NCBI RefSeq assembly: GCF_028368995.1
Contig: NZ_JAQNDL010000003.1
Location: 1,120,001-1,184,000 of the forward strand
Source: Nannocystis bainbridge
GTDB taxonomy: Bacteria > Myxococcota_A > Polyangia > Nannocystales > Nannocystaceae
Length of the DNA stretch: 64,000 nucleotides
Direction of reading: 5' to 3'
The stretch's first letter is position 1; every line of letters starts with the position of its first letter. Under the pieces are notes generated by a model. That model saw only the letters and a program-made list of their open reading frames with translations. It ran no database searches and was not told where the DNA came from. Of the stretch, positions 20,712 through 31,064 are shown in pieces. A program made the position numbers and the translations under genes.

Positions 20712-21797
20712 TCACATGATCCCGCCCTCGACCTTGACGCCGAACGTCGCCGTCTTGACCCCCGGCGAGGTCAACGTGGAGCCGCAGAACGGCATCTCCT
20801 GCAGGCACGGGGCCTGGAGGAGCATTTGGTTGAGCTGGACCCCGTCCTGGCCGCGGAAGGCCGTACCGCGGCAGATCATCCCGGTATGATCATAGTCGCC
20901 CTCGCGCACGGTCAGCGACCCGCTGCTCCACGAGTTGATGCCGAGGCTGTCCTGGATGTTGATCAGCCGGCCGGGGGAGGTATATGCGTGGCCGGTCCCG
21001 CAAATGTCGCCGGTGGTCATCTTGAGCGCCCCCGTGTAGCGATTGGAGGTCGCCAGGTCGGTCGGATGATAGCCGAAGCCGAGCACGATCTTGCCGTCCG
21101 CGCCGGTCTCGCAGGCGATGATGGCGCCGTTGGTCGCGGCGTCGATCGTCAGCAGCTCCGCGTCGAGCTGCACGCCGGGCAAGAACACCGAACGGGCCGA
21201 GTTTTCGCCGGCCGAGTTGGCGTAGCACAGCGGGCGCGACTCGTCGGGGAGCTGCGGGGTCCCGTTCGGGGCGTTGGTGGTCAAGGTATAGACGTGCGCC
21301 GTCTTGTTGTGGATCGTCCTCGTCTCGTAAGCGTGCACCCGCACCCAGTAGGTGTCGGTCTCCATCCCGTCCCCCAGCTGGAAGTACAGCTTGCTGCCCA
21401 CGACCTGCGCGCCGGTCTGCGGGAACAGGACGCAGCCATTGCCGAAGCAGACCTGGTAGTGGAGGCGCAGCTCGCCGTCGGCGGTCACGTCGACCAGGCC
21501 CGCGGTATGGTACCCGTTCTGGAACCACCCCTGCGCGCTGGTCAGCGTCGCGGTGCTCGCGTCGCCGTCGAGCGAATTGGCGGCCGGTACGCCGAAGCCG
21601 GTGTTGATGTTGGCGAGCGACCACTCGCCGGCGTAGCTGGTGTTGCCCCAATCGCCGCCCGTGCAGGCCGGCGGACAGGTGCGGAACTCGATCTCGTCGC
21701 CGTCGTCGCCGATGGCCAGAGCGTCTTCGTCGCACGCGGCGAGGGTGAACAGGAAGGGGCAAGCGATGGTGAATCGACGAATGAAAGCGCGAGACAT
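20712..21797 (-). CDS. ADYC-domain lipoprotein 1
   Basis: Lipobox LAAC-DED. C-terminal IACETGADGK..FGYHP..ALKMTTGDICGTGHAYTSPG..I.D..GIN..EGDY...GMIC matches the ADYC-domain pattern (AC..GA.GK...GY.P..RM..ADYCG.G..T..G). Confidence 0.72.
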   Translation of the reverse strand: MSRAFIRRFTIACPFLFTLAACDEDALAIGDDGDEIEFRTCPPACTGGDWGNTSYAGEWSLANINTGFGVPAANSLDGDASTATLTSAQGWFQNGYHTAGLVDVTADGELRLHYQVCFGNGCVLFPQTGAQVVGSKLYFQLGDGMETDTYWVRVHAYETRTIHNKTAHVYTLTTNAPNGTPQLPDESRPLCYANSAGENSARSVFLPGVQLDAELLTIDAATNGAIIACETGADGKIVLGFGYHPTDLATSNRYTGALKMTTGDICGTGHAYTSPGRLINIQDSLGINSWSSGSLTVREGDYDHTGMICRGTAFRGQDGVQLNQMLLQAPCLQEMPFCGSTLTSPGVKTATFGVKVEGGIM

Positions 21798-21836
21798 AGG
21801 ATGTACTTCGGCCGCAGAGTGACCGCTCACTCCTTC

Positions 21837-21864
21837 GAGTGACCGGTGCCCGCGGTTCAATTGC
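21837..21864 (-). promoter_or_regulatory. GCAATTG-N17-ACTC element upstream of ADYC gene 1
   Basis: Minus strand GCAATTG-aaccgcgggcaccggtc-ACTC, preceded by a T-tract. Recurs at 39322 and 42067. Confidence 0.5.
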
Positions 21865-22003
21865 CGGCGCTCAAAAAAATCCGCAATTGCGCCCGCGGCG
21901 GGCGCGAGCGGCGAAAAACGAGGCGGCGCGCGCGAAAACCGCGGCCACGGACGACGAGCATCGACCGCGCGGCATCGAGTAGAATCTCGCGGCTCTCCCC
22001 GCT

Positions 22004-25000
22004 GTGTCCACGGCCGACGACCCCCAGTACGACGCGAGCGGCGCGACGCTGCTCGCCAGCGTGTCGGCCCACGCCTCGACCGAATCCGGCGCGCACGCGG
22101 AGGCGTTGCGCCGCCCGCCGGTCGATGAGGACGCCTACTCCAAGCAGCTCGCCAAGCAGCGGCTGTTCCCGAAGCGGGTCGGTCCGGTCAAGATCGGTCG
22201 GTTCGCGGTGCTCGAGCGGCTCGGCAGCGGAGCGATGGGGATCGTCTATGCGTGTTACGACGACCACCTCGATCGCAAGGTCGCGCTCAAGGTCCTGCGC
22301 AACGACACGGGGCGCGACCCGGGCCTCGCCCGCGTCCGCCTGCTGCGCGAGGCCCAGGCGATGGCCCGCCTCGCGCACCCCAACATCGTCACCGTGTTCG
22401 AGGTCGGCGTCCTCGAAGACGAGGTGTTCGTGGCGATGGAGTTCCTCCGCGGCGTCAGCCTCGACGTCTGGACCGAACAGGTCGAGCGGCCGTGGCAGGA
22501 GGTGCTCGCGGCGTACCTGCAGGCCGGGCGGGGGCTGGCGGCAGCGCACCGCGCGGGGATCATCCACCGCGACTTCAAGCCGCAGAACGTGCTCGTCACC
22601 GCCGACGACGTGGTCAAGGTGCTCGACTTCGGGCTCGCGCGCGCGACCGACGGCCTCACGCACGACGAGGCGCTGCAGAGCCTGAGCTCGGGCACCCACG
22701 ACTCCGGCCGGCACCTGATCCAGCCCTTGACGCGCACCGGCGTGGTCATGGGGACGCCGGCGTATATGTCGCCGGAGCAGCACCTGGCCTTGCCGACCAC
22801 CGGGGCGACCGATCAGTTCAGCTTCTGCGTATCGCTGTATCAGGGCCTTTATGGCCAGTTGCCGTTCCCCGACGAGTCGATGCAGACGCTGCGCCGTGCC
22901 GTGCTGCACGGCGCGATCATCGAGCCGCCGCCGGGGACCCCGGTGCCGGCGCACGTGCTCGGGGCGCTCCGGCGCGGGCTGGCGGTCGCGCCGGCCGAGC
23001 GGTTCGCCACGATGGAGCTGCTGCTCGCCGAGCTGGGGCGCGTCGTCGGCGGGCGCCGGCGCCGGATCGCCGCCGCCGCGGGGGTCGCCTCGCTGGTCGC
23101 CGCCGCGAGCTTCACGACGTCGGCGCTGCTCGCCCCGCCGGCGCTGCCGACCTGTCCCGACGCGCAGGTCGAGCTCGCGGGGATCTGGGACCCCGCGCGC
23201 GCCGAGACGGTCCGCGCCGTCGTGCTCGCGGTCGCCACCCCTTATGCGGCCGAGGCGTGGGCGACCGTCGCGCCGCAGCTCGACGCGTGGGCGACGGCGT
23301 GGGCGGCGATGCGCGAGGAGTCGTGCCACACGCACGCCAGCGGCCGGCAGTCGGACGTCCTGTTCGACCTGCGCATGGCCTGCCTCGACCAGCGGCGGGC
23401 CGGGTTCTCCGGGGTCGTCGAAGCGCTGGCGTCGACCGACGCGGCCGACCTGCCCGCCGCGGTGCAGAGCGTCGCCAGGCTGCCGGCCCTCGACCGCTGC
23501 GCCGACGCTCCGGCGCTCACCGCCGCGATCCCTCCGCCGGACGACCCGCACACGCGCGCGCGCGTGCAAGGGCTACGCGAGACGCTGGCGCGCGCCGAGG
23601 CGCAGGAGACCGCCGGCCGCTACGCGCAAGGGCTCGAGCTGACCCGCGCGACGCTGGCGGACGCCGAGGCGCTCGGCTACCCGCCGCTGGTCTCCGAGGC
23701 GCTGCTGCGCCTCGGCAGCCTCGAGATGGAGGCCGGCGAGCTCGCGCCGGCCGACGCCGCCCTCGACCGCGCGCTGTGGACCGCCCTGGAGTTCGACCAC
23801 GCGCCGGTGGCCGCGCAGGCGAGCTCGAAGCGAGTGTTCCTGCGCGCGGCCCGGATGGGCCAGCCCACCGCGGCGCAGGGCGAGCTGTCGCTGGTGCGCG
23901 CGCTCAACGCCCGCGTCGCCGACGACGTCGAGCTGTACGGCGAGTTCCTCAACAACATCGGGGTCGTGCACGCCGTGGCAGGGGCCTCGGAGGACGCGCA
24001 GAAGGCGTTCCAGGCGGCGCTCGACCTGCGCGAGCGCCACGGCCGGGAGCGCACGCTCAAGCACGTCGAGACGCTCTACAACCTCGGCAGGCTCGCCGAG
24101 GACGGCGGCAGGCACAGCGCGACGGTGCCGCTGCTGCGCCGCGCGAGCGCGCTGTCGCGGGCGCTGCTCGGGGAGCGGCACCCGGTGCACCTGCGCCACG
24201 CGCTCGGGCTGGTCCGTGGCTTGCTCGCGGTCGGCCGACCGGCGGAGGCGCGGGCGCTGCTCGACGCGCTCACGCCGGGCCTGGCGGGCGTGAGCGGGCA
24301 GGCGCGGGCCCTCGCGCACCGGCTGCAGGGCGACCTGGCGCTCGCCGAGCGCGACCTCGCACGGGCCCGGGCGAGCTACGAGGCGGCGCTGCAGGCCTGC
24401 CCGGAGCATTCGGACTGCGCCGACCAGGTGCTGGCCGGCCTCGGCCAGGCGCTCGCGCTGGCGGGTGACGAGGCGGCGGTGCGCAGCTACTACGGCGCGG
24501 CGCTGGCGGCGATCGAGCAGGCGTCCGGGGCCGATTCGCCCCGGTTCACGGTGGCGCGGGTGCACTTCGGGAGCGCGCTCGGCGAGCTCGGACAGCTCGC
24601 CGAGGCGAGCGCACACATCTCCCCGGCGGTCGCCGGCTGCGACGGCGCCGAGGGGTTCCGCGAGGTGGTCCTGTGCGCGTGGGCGCAGCGCTCGCTCGGC
24701 GCGGTGCAGCGACGGGCCGGCGCGCTCCCGGCCGCCGAGGCGTCGCTCCGTGCGGCGCTGGCCGGCTACGCAGCGATGGTCCCGGCGGACAGCTTCGAGC
24801 TCGCCGACGTCGAGCGCCGACTCGGCGAACTCGCGCTCGCGCAGGACCGCCCGGGTGACGCTATCGCGCCGCTGCGCCGCGCCGAATCGATCTACGCCGC
24901 GCTCGCCGAGCCTGCTCACGGCCCGCTCGCGCAGACCCGCCTCGCCCTCGCGGCCGCCCTCACTGGCGACGAGGCCCGTGGGTTCGCCGAGCAGGCGCTC

Positions 25001-25081
25001 GCGGCGTTCGTCGCCAGCGGCCCCATGTTCGCGGCGGAGCAGGCGGAGGCCCGCGCTCGCGTGGAAGCGCTGCCGCGATGA
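22004..25081 (+). CDS. Membrane Ser/Thr protein kinase with 4-Cys domain and TPR repeats (kinase 1)
   Basis: GSGAMGIV, VALK, HRDFKPQN, DFG, GTPAYMSPEQ; TM segment after RRRR; then TPR-like helices (LNNIGVV, LYNLGRL). Confidence 0.93.
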   Translation: MSTADDPQYDASGATLLASVSAHASTESGAHAEALRRPPVDEDAYSKQLAKQRLFPKRVGPVKIGRFAVLERLGSGAMGIVYACYDDHLDRKVALKVLRNDTGRDPGLARVRLLREAQAMARLAHPNIVTVFEVGVLEDEVFVAMEFLRGVSLDVWTEQVERPWQEVLAAYLQAGRGLAAAHRAGIIHRDFKPQNVLVTADDVVKVLDFGLARATDGLTHDEALQSLSSGTHDSGRHLIQPLTRTGVVMGTPAYMSPEQHLALPTTGATDQFSFCVSLYQGLYGQLPFPDESMQTLRRAVLHGAIIEPPPGTPVPAHVLGALRRGLAVAPAERFATMELLLAELGRVVGGRRRRIAAAAGVASLVAAASFTTSALLAPPALPTCPDAQVELAGIWDPARAETVRAVVLAVATPYAAEAWATVAPQLDAWATAWAAMREESCHTHASGRQSDVLFDLRMACLDQRRAGFSGVVEALASTDAADLPAAVQSVARLPALDRCADAPALTAAIPPPDDPHTRARVQGLRETLARAEAQETAGRYAQGLELTRATLADAEALGYPPLVSEALLRLGSLEMEAGELAPADAALDRALWTALEFDHAPVAAQASSKRVFLRAARMGQPTAAQGELSLVRALNARVADDVELYGEFLNNIGVVHAVAGASEDAQKAFQAALDLRERHGRERTLKHVETLYNLGRLAEDGGRHSATVPLLRRASALSRALLGERHPVHLRHALGLVRGLLAVGRPAEARALLDALTPGLAGVSGQARALAHRLQGDLALAERDLARARASYEAALQACPEHSDCADQVLAGLGQALALAGDEAAVRSYYGAALAAIEQASGADSPRFTVARVHFGSALGELGQLAEASAHISPAVAGCDGAEGFREVVLCAWAQRSLGAVQRRAGALPAAEASLRAALAGYAAMVPADSFELADVERRLGELALAQDRPGDAIAPLRRAESIYAALAEPAHGPLAQTRLALAAALTGDEARGFAEQALAAFVASGPMFAAEQAEARARVEALPR

Positions 25082-25154
25082 GCATGCGCCCGATGCGGAC
25101 GGCGCCGAAGCCGGTCCGGTGAGGCGCGCGCGGCAGTGGCCTACGCTCGCCGGG

Positions 25155-26735
25155 ATGAGACCGCGGCCCGCGAGACTGCTGGTGATGCTCCTCGGCCTGC
25201 TGGTGATCGTGGGCTGCGGCGGGATGCGACCGTCGCCCCTCACGCTGCGGCACGCGCTGCGGGTCCTCGATCGCAAGCTCGAGCCGGCCACGATCACGGC
25301 GATCCGCAGCGGCGACCTCGAGCCGACAGACATGCACTTCGGCCTCGGCTCCGCGCTGCGAGGCACCTGGGGCCTGTGGAGTGGAAAGTCGGCGCTGGCG
25401 CGGTGGTTCCGGGTCCGCAAGATCTACCACCCGGAGGACATGTCCGGGGTCGTGCTCGAGGCGTACGCACGCCACGTCCGCGGCGAGCCGCTCGCCGTGC
25501 CCGCGCTGCTGAAGCGTGTCAGGGAGGGCGAGCGCGAGCAGGAGGCGCTCTATGCAACGGAGCTCGCGGAAGGGCCTCGGCGGGCGGCGCGGCTCGAAAA
25601 GCTTCGCGCCGGCTGGGTCTACGAGGACCACGAAGTGCAGACGATCGCGCTGCCGCGACACCAGGTCGATACGCTGCTCGTGAAGATCGAGCGTGTCGGT
25701 CCCGGCTTCGTGCTGTTCACCGGCGGCGGCGAGCGCGAGGGCCAGTGGTACGCCGACGCGTACCAGCTCACCGATCCCGCGACGTCGCTGCGTCCGGCCG
25801 CGCGGGCGAGCTGTCCGCAGGTCCACGACGTCGTGACGCTGGCAGGACGCACGACGTGGCTGTGTCGGTCCGCGGACGCGTGGAGCCTCCTGGCCGACTC
25901 CGATGATTCGTCGAAGTCGATCCCGATCGACGCCGACGCGTTACGACTCGGCACGAGCGCGGGCGAGCTGTTCCTGTTCGATCGACATTCGCTATATTTC
26001 CGCGCGGGCGACGGATGGCGGCCCGTGCATGTCTTCGGCCCCGGGGCCGCAGGCGTGCGTACCACGACCTTCGGTCACGAGAAGGCTCTGACGGCGCTGC
26101 CGTTCGGCGGGGACACGCCGCGCGGCCTCGGAAGTCGCTTGTACTTTCCGAGCGTCGCGGCCTCGGATGCGCACGTGCTCGACCTCTCGGATCCGCCGGA
26201 GCTCCACTCCTTCTACTGGACGTGGGGCCGGGAGCAATTCGGATCGCAGGCTCTCTACGTCCACGATCTCGCGCCCGCTGTCGCTGGCGGCCTGTGGATC
26301 GCCATGAGCGACTACGAGGATCTCGAGAACCTCGTCAGGCTTCACGAGCCGGCCACGGCCCAGGTGCCGATCGTCAAGAGCAGCGTCGACGGCCCGCTGG
26401 TCGCAGACCACGGCAACGTGAATGCTCCCGAGCGGTCCGAGTCGACGCGGGCGCGGCTGATCCCCGCGACGGCCGTGTTCGACGACGGCGAGGCGCTCTG
26501 GCTCGCCGGGATGCATGGCATCGCCGTGGTGCGCCAGGGGCGGCTCGCGCCGGTGGTGCGATTCGTGGTGCCCGACCCGAGGGTGTACGAATCCGTGCCG
26601 CACCGGCTGGCGCGTTTCCCCGACGGCTCACTGCTCGTGGGGCTACGCGGATACGCGCCCGTACTGCTGCGGCCCGACGGCGACGGAGGCTTCACGGCGC
26701 GGGCGCTGGCGTACGGCGACGACTCACTGCAATGA
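25155..26735 (+). CDS. Lipoprotein with N-terminal DUF6794-like domain
   Basis: Lipobox IVGC; MHFGLGSALRGTWGLWSG..LARWF..IYHPEDMS.VVL motif; beta-rich C-terminus. Confidence 0.6.
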   Translation: MRPRPARLLVMLLGLLVIVGCGGMRPSPLTLRHALRVLDRKLEPATITAIRSGDLEPTDMHFGLGSALRGTWGLWSGKSALARWFRVRKIYHPEDMSGVVLEAYARHVRGEPLAVPALLKRVREGEREQEALYATELAEGPRRAARLEKLRAGWVYEDHEVQTIALPRHQVDTLLVKIERVGPGFVLFTGGGEREGQWYADAYQLTDPATSLRPAARASCPQVHDVVTLAGRTTWLCRSADAWSLLADSDDSSKSIPIDADALRLGTSAGELFLFDRHSLYFRAGDGWRPVHVFGPGAAGVRTTTFGHEKALTALPFGGDTPRGLGSRLYFPSVAASDAHVLDLSDPPELHSFYWTWGREQFGSQALYVHDLAPAVAGGLWIAMSDYEDLENLVRLHEPATAQVPIVKSSVDGPLVADHGNVNAPERSESTRARLIPATAVFDDGEALWLAGMHGIAVVRQGRLAPVVRFVVPDPRVYESVPHRLARFPDGSLLVGLRGYAPVLLRPDGDGGFTARALAYGDDSLQ

Positions 26736-26926
26736 TTCGAGCGGCCGCAGGACGGCCGGTGCTCCGTGCGTCGTGACCGTCGCGTCACGGCGACGCCGCG
26801 ACCACGTAAAGCCGGCTCCACGGAGAAAGAGCCGCGGCCGCGCCGATCCCAACGAGAGATTCTCTTCGCCCGAGCGGCTCGAACCGGGCTCGGTTATCAT
26901 GCCCTCTCGCCCCCACGACCCTCGAC

Positions 26927-28540
26927 ATGACCACGCCGAATCCGCAACGCCGCCCCCCTCGCTCCCTCCCGGACCGGATGCGCGCCGGACCGGTGGTGCT
27001 CTACTTCCGCGGCGCATCGATCGCGCGCGAGGCAGAGGCGCGCGGATTCGTGACCGCGCTCGGTGGTGATGGCGCCCGTGCGGCGCGCTTCGTCGACGAC
27101 GGCGAGCACGACAACAGCGGGCGGGACGCGATCGTCGCGGCCATGCGGGCGGGCGCGGTGGGTGTGATCGTGTCGCCGAGCTATCAGGATCTCGTGTACG
27201 GGTTCTTCGTCGACGAGACGATCCGCCCGTTGGTCGAAGAGCACGACGTGGCCATCGCGGACCTCTTCGACCCGGAGCTGCTGAGCCCCGACTTCGATCG
27301 GGTGCACGACCTGTGGGACGGTGACGAGGACGCCTGGGAGCCGCTGCTCGAGGGGCTCGCCAAGCGCGTGCTCGGCGATGCGGCGCCCGCGTCGTTCTGC
27401 GAGGAGCTCGTGGCATTGAGCGACGACCTCGCGGCGTGGTCGCAGCGTGCAGGTGATGTCGCTGGCAGGATGCGCTCCGAGTACGTCTACTCGGGCCTGC
27501 GCTCCGGCGAGCACCTCACGACCTGGGTCCGCAACGGCGTCCTCGACTCGTTGCCCGCCGACGACCCGACGGTGCTCGCGGTACGCCTCGACGCGCTCGA
27601 GCGACGGCCGGACCGGGAGGTCGTCGAGCACGGGCGTGCCTTGCTGATCGACCTGCGCGCGCACGACGATCTGGCGCTGCTGCACCGCGCGCTGCTCGTG
27701 CACGCGGCGCGCTGCCTCGAGGAGGGCCTGTGGGCCGAGGCGGAGGCGACGGCCGAGGAGGCGCGACCGTTCGAGCGCGACCCCGAGCTCCCGCGTCGCG
27801 CCGAGCGCTTGAGCCTGGCGGCGCGCTTTGGCCGTGGTGAGATCACGTCGGCGCTGGCCGGCCTCGACGCCCTGTTCCTCGCGGAGCGCGAGGCCGAGAG
27901 CACGGCGGGCGCGGTGCTCCACGCGAAGCGCTCCTTCATGGATCTCGACGAGCACGAGGCGGTGCTTCGCGAGCTCGCGCTCTCGATCCAGGTCGCCCGC
28001 GAGCCGAGCAAGCTCGTCGAGCCGCTCACGAGGCTCTGTGGGCTCATCCAGGACAAAGCGGACGCCGATCGGCTGCGCAATTGGCTGGCCGCGCAGAAGC
28101 CGGCCGCAGTGAAGCCACCCGTCGACTTCTGGGGGGAGTACGGCCGCATTACGCGCGAGAAGGCAGCGGCGCAGGCTCCCGCGGCGAAGAAGGCCGCGCC
28201 CAAGAAGGCCACCTCGAAGAAGGCCGTGTCCAAGAAGGCCGCGGCGAAGAAGGCCGCGACGACGAAGGCCGCGCCCAAGAAGGCCACCTCGAAGAAAGCC
28301 GTGTCCAAGAAGGCCGCGGCGAAGAAGGCCGCGACGACGAAGGCCGCCTCCAAGGAGGCCACCTCCAAGAAGGCCGCGACGAAGAAGGCCGCCTCCAAGA
28401 CGGCGGCGTCGAAGCAGGCCGCGCCCAAGAAGGCCGCCTTCAAGAAGGCCGCCTCGAAGAAGGCAACCTCCAAGAAGGCAACCTCGAAGAAGGCCGCCTC
28501 GAAGAAGGCCGCATCCAAGAAGACGCCCGCGAAGACGTAG
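26927..28540 (+). CDS. Hypothetical protein with histone H1-like Lys/Ala C-terminal tail
   Basis: Acidic, helical N-terminal ~420 aa, then ~115 aa of KKAA(S/P/T) pentapeptides. Confidence 0.75.
   Translation: MTTPNPQRRPPRSLPDRMRAGPVVLYFRGASIAREAEARGFVTALGGDGARAARFVDDGEHDNSGRDAIVAAMRAGAVGVIVSPSYQDLVYGFFVDETIRPLVEEHDVAIADLFDPELLSPDFDRVHDLWDGDEDAWEPLLEGLAKRVLGDAAPASFCEELVALSDDLAAWSQRAGDVAGRMRSEYVYSGLRSGEHLTTWVRNGVLDSLPADDPTVLAVRLDALERRPDREVVEHGRALLIDLRAHDDLALLHRALLVHAARCLEEGLWAEAEATAEEARPFERDPELPRRAERLSLAARFGRGEITSALAGLDALFLAEREAESTAGAVLHAKRSFMDLDEHEAVLRELALSIQVAREPSKLVEPLTRLCGLIQDKADADRLRNWLAAQKPAAVKPPVDFWGEYGRITREKAAAQAPAAKKAAPKKATSKKAVSKKAAAKKAATTKAAPKKATSKKAVSKKAAAKKAATTKAASKEATSKKAATKKAASKTAASKQAAPKKAAFKKAASKKATSKKATSKKAASKKAASKKTPAKT
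28187..28537 (+). repeat. 15-bp tandem repeat (AAGAAGGCCGCCTCG-like) coding KKAAS
   Basis: Directly visible; includes a near-perfect 75-bp duplication (from ~28190 and ~28265). Confidence 0.9.
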
Positions 28541-28647
28541 GCGAGCGCCGAGCCGATGGCGAGCGCCGTGCTGCGCCGGGCCGTGCGCGCCGAGCATCGC
28601 GCGCGCATCTTTCCATCGCGCAACCGCCTCGCGCGAGGCCTCATCGT

Positions 28648-30507
28648 TCACGGAACTGAGCGCGTCACGGCGATCTCGATGCGAGGCCGGGCGCGGTTGA
28701 GCTCGACGATGGCGGTCAGCTTGCGGCCGGTCGCCCAGGCCGCGAAGTTGGCGGCGCCGGCCGGGCCGTATTCGGCGAGCAGACCGGCGAGGTCGTCGGA
28801 GCCGACGAAGAAGGACGGCGCGATGTTGAACTCGCGCGGCGCCGCGGTCAGCAGCCAGCGCGCACCATCGAGGTGGTCGGCGCCGATGAGCCAGCCGGTC
28901 TGCTCGTCGGGCTCGCTGGCGAGGAAGGCGGTCATGCCGTCCTGGCCGGCCGCGGCGGCCAGTCGATGTTGGAGGCCGCCCTCCGGGAGGTCCTCGAACT
29001 TGGCGCCCGCCACGCTGGCGAACGAGCGCACCAGGCCGAGCTCCTGCCGATTCAGGCGGGCGTAGATCACCTTCGCTCGCTTGATGTCGCCCCCGCCGGC
29101 GCGGATCGACCCGCCGGCGCCCTGGACCGCGCCGACCAGCTCGAACAGCGTGCGGGCGACACCGGCGTCGCGCCCGTGGCCGCGGCTCCACCGCTGCCAC
29201 GCGCCGAGCTGGTTCGGCCACGTCTCGACGGCGATGACCGTGAGCCCGAATTGACCGCCGGCCGCGATCGTCGGCCCGAGCGTGTCATGGCTGGCGTAGT
29301 CGCCGAGCCCGAGCCCCTCGAAGCCCGCCAGCGCCGGCAGCGGCGGCAGCTGCCAGCACAGCAGCGCACCGTCGCACAGCGCCGCGCGGCTCGGCCCCGG
29401 CAGGCCGCCACCGGCCGGCGCGAACAGCTGCTCCATTTGCTGCGCCGCCGTGAGATCGGCTGGCTCCCAGGACAGGTCGACTCGCACGTCCGAAGGGTCG
29501 AGCGCGGCGCTGACGCTGAGGCCAGTGAACAGCCGCCGCGTGTCGCGGAGCCGGAGCACCGCAGCCTGATGCGCCAGCGCGTCGTCGATGACCGCGCGTC
29601 GCTGGCCGCTCGGGGTGATGGCCAGAGTCTCGACGAGTTCGCCGAGCTCGAAGATGTCGCTGAGCGCCGGGATGGTCGCGCCGTGGATGTAGAGGCCGAC
29701 ATCGCCGGCGAGGACGGCGAGCGCCGCGTGCCTCGCCGGCCGGACTTCCAGGGCAGCGAGCGCCGCCTCGGCGCGGCTGTCCTCGTCACCGACGTCGGGG
29801 TGGGGATACGGTTGCAGGAAGGCGTCGACGACCACGGCGCCGTCGTCGCGCCGCAGCAGCACCGTCGCGCGCTCGGACGCCAGGCAGGCGTCGTGCGGCA
29901 GCCGCGGGCACAGCCCACCGGCGCGCTGCTGCTCGCGTGCGATCTTCAGCAGGACCTCCGGATCGCGCACGGGGATGTGGAGCCGATTGTGATACGTCAG
30001 CGACGCGGCAGCGCGCAGCAGCTCGGGCGACAGCGGCGGAGTCGCGGCCGGATCGCCCCCCTGCACCGCCGCGATCTGCTGCACCTGCTCGCGCACCGCG
30101 GCCATCTGCGGCGCGACCGGCCGCATCAGCGTGGCAGTCATCGCGGCCTCGGGATCGAGGCCGAGGTCTTCGATCGAGCCCAACGAGAGGCCCAGCTCTT
30201 CTTGCAGGATCGCCACCACCGCCGCGCGCTCGGCCGCGATCGGCAGCGCGCGCACGAACTCCTGCAGCCGCCGCGGGCGCACCGTGACGTAGAGGTGGCC
30301 GCCCTCGAGGTGACCGGGTGCGGTGACAAAATCGGGCTCCGGCAGCGGCACGATCGGCGGCGGGACTGCAGGAACAGGAGCGGGCGCGGCCACCGGCGCG
30401 GACGGAGTCTGACGGTTCGCCTCCTGAGCCGCGGGCTCCGTCTGTGCGTCCGGCGTGCAGGCGAACAGGAGGGCGAGCGCGACGCTGCGAGCGAGGCCGG
30501 CGGACAT
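28648..30507 (-). CDS. Hypothetical lipoprotein
   Basis: MSAGLARSVALALLFAC lipobox, Pro-rich linker, long coding-like frame. Confidence 0.7.
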   Translation of the reverse strand: MSAGLARSVALALLFACTPDAQTEPAAQEANRQTPSAPVAAPAPVPAVPPPIVPLPEPDFVTAPGHLEGGHLYVTVRPRRLQEFVRALPIAAERAAVVAILQEELGLSLGSIEDLGLDPEAAMTATLMRPVAPQMAAVREQVQQIAAVQGGDPAATPPLSPELLRAAASLTYHNRLHIPVRDPEVLLKIAREQQRAGGLCPRLPHDACLASERATVLLRRDDGAVVVDAFLQPYPHPDVGDEDSRAEAALAALEVRPARHAALAVLAGDVGLYIHGATIPALSDIFELGELVETLAITPSGQRRAVIDDALAHQAAVLRLRDTRRLFTGLSVSAALDPSDVRVDLSWEPADLTAAQQMEQLFAPAGGGLPGPSRAALCDGALLCWQLPPLPALAGFEGLGLGDYASHDTLGPTIAAGGQFGLTVIAVETWPNQLGAWQRWSRGHGRDAGVARTLFELVGAVQGAGGSIRAGGGDIKRAKVIYARLNRQELGLVRSFASVAGAKFEDLPEGGLQHRLAAAAGQDGMTAFLASEPDEQTGWLIGADHLDGARWLLTAAPREFNIAPSFFVGSDDLAGLLAEYGPAGAANFAAWATGRKLTAIVELNRARPRIEIAVTRSVP

Positions 30508-30599
30508 CGGCGCATTATGCCAGCCCGCCGGGCGCCGATCACAGCGCCGCGCCCGGCCCTTGCTCGACACGCGTACGGGACTTCGGTATCGATCGCCGC

Positions 30600-31040
30600 A
30601 TGCTCGGCAGCGCGGCACGGCACGCAGCGATCCTCGGCCTCGGCGCGCTCGCTGCGTGCGCCTCTCCCCGCCCGATGGCGACGGAGCCCGCCCGCGAACC
30701 CAGCGAGCCCACGAGCGCCGAGCCCGACGCATGCGCCGGCATCGAAGCGCCCGAGCGCCTCGCTATCGACGTGGGGGCGGGGCGCACCTCCGCGACCGGT
30801 CTTTCGATCCGCTACGAGGGCGCCACGCACGACTCGTTCGAGGGCGGCGCGGCCGATCTCTTGCTCTCGCTGGTCCTCTCGGTCGAGGGCGAGCCGGTCC
30901 AGACCTGGCTCCCGTCAGCGCTCGCGAAGCCGCGCTACGTGGTGTTCCTGGGGCACTGCGTAAGGGTCGCGGCCGGAGCGGCTGCGCGCGTGGAAGTCGA
31001 AGTCGCCCCGCTCTCCCCCGGACCGCACCTTCGACGCTGA
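30600..31040 (+). CDS. Small hypothetical lipoprotein
   Basis: MLGSAARHAAILGLGALAAC lipobox. Confidence 0.65.
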   Translation: MLGSAARHAAILGLGALAACASPRPMATEPAREPSEPTSAEPDACAGIEAPERLAIDVGAGRTSATGLSIRYEGATHDSFEGGAADLLLSLVLSVEGEPVQTWLPSALAKPRYVVFLGHCVRVAAGAAARVEVEVAPLSPGPHLRR

Positions 31041-31064
31041 CCCACTCTTTGCCAGGCCCGCCCC

